Positions 63,638 to 64,000 of a stretch of DNA of 64,000 bases are shown in pieces (the stretch's first letter is position 1; every line of letters starts with the position of its first letter). Source of the DNA: Azolla caroliniana (Eukaryota; Plantae; Polypodiophyta); NCBI GenBank assembly GCA_043228905.1, contig JBHGNT010000005.1, forward strand, positions 21,266,001-21,330,000, read 5' to 3'. The notes beneath the pieces were generated by a model. The model ran no database searches. It saw only the letters and a program-made list of their open reading frames with translations, and was not told where the DNA came from. Both the position numbers and the translations under genes were made by a program.

Positions 63638-64000
63638 CTCTTCTTCACTTGCCGCGATTGCCGTCGTTCCCTTCCGGTCCGTCCCCTTCCGGTCTTTACC
63701 GTTCCGGTCTGGGGTTTGCTTCGAATCGGTACCGTCGGTTTCCTTGTCTTTACGGAGATGCCGACAGTTCTTTTGGAAGTGTCCGGGCTTGCCACAATAG
63801 AAGCAAGTCGGCCTCCCCCTTGACTTTAACTGTGTCCCCGACTTCTCCCAGTTCTGGAGTCGGAGCTCGTATCTTTATCCTTCCGACGCGCCTCCAAGGA
63901 AGAAGTTATCATAGCAATAGAAGGATTATGAAAGAGAAGAAGAAGTTATCATAGCAATAGTAAGGTTATGAACAAAGAAGAAGAAGATATTCAAGATATT

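Larger units (their letters stand above)
60075..63894 (-). mobile_element. Ty1/copia D (close relative of copia C, inverted): partial 3' LTR, PPT, pol and gag C-terminus; 5'-truncated
   Basis: The 3' LTR starts TGTTGGGAG at 60441, after the PPT at 60442-60453. Knuckle CFYCGKPGHFQKNC at ~63800; similarity to copia C gag ends at ~63894. Confidence 0.92.

Noticed and set aside
63895-64000. ~40-bp GAAGAAGTTATCATAGCAATAG duplication
   Set aside because: The duplication is real, but it is cut by the window edge and cannot be assigned.

Overview
Eukaryotic land-plant genomic DNA. The retroelement lineages suggest a non-seed plant (fern, lycophyte or bryophyte); this is an inference. The window holds one intact host gene, an 8-exon subfamily XII (CIB/BPE/BEE-like) bHLH transcription factor on the + strand (32683-39230, about 584 aa). 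It is flanked by two dense transposon blocks. The left block (1-21.3 kb) contains a decayed multi-exon unknown gene with ~283-bp intronic repeats, a truncated chromovirus-type Ty3/gypsy, an RTE-X-like LINE, a deleted non-chromovirus gypsy, and a complete tRNA-Trp-primed Ty3/gypsy (12754-19813, 4-bp TSD). The right block (44.9-64 kb) contains an L1 LINE and a nested stack of Ty1/copia and Ty3/gypsy elements, including a complete copia with TSD (51542-56661) and an inverted relative with an uninterrupted pol ORF. The most striking observations concern the Trp-primed gypsy: a -1 frameshift signal (slippery heptamer plus H-type pseudoknot) placed after the protease, a tRNA-like Pol III module inside both LTRs, and insertion next to CGG. 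All coordinates were read by hand and may be off by a few bases. No database searches were run.
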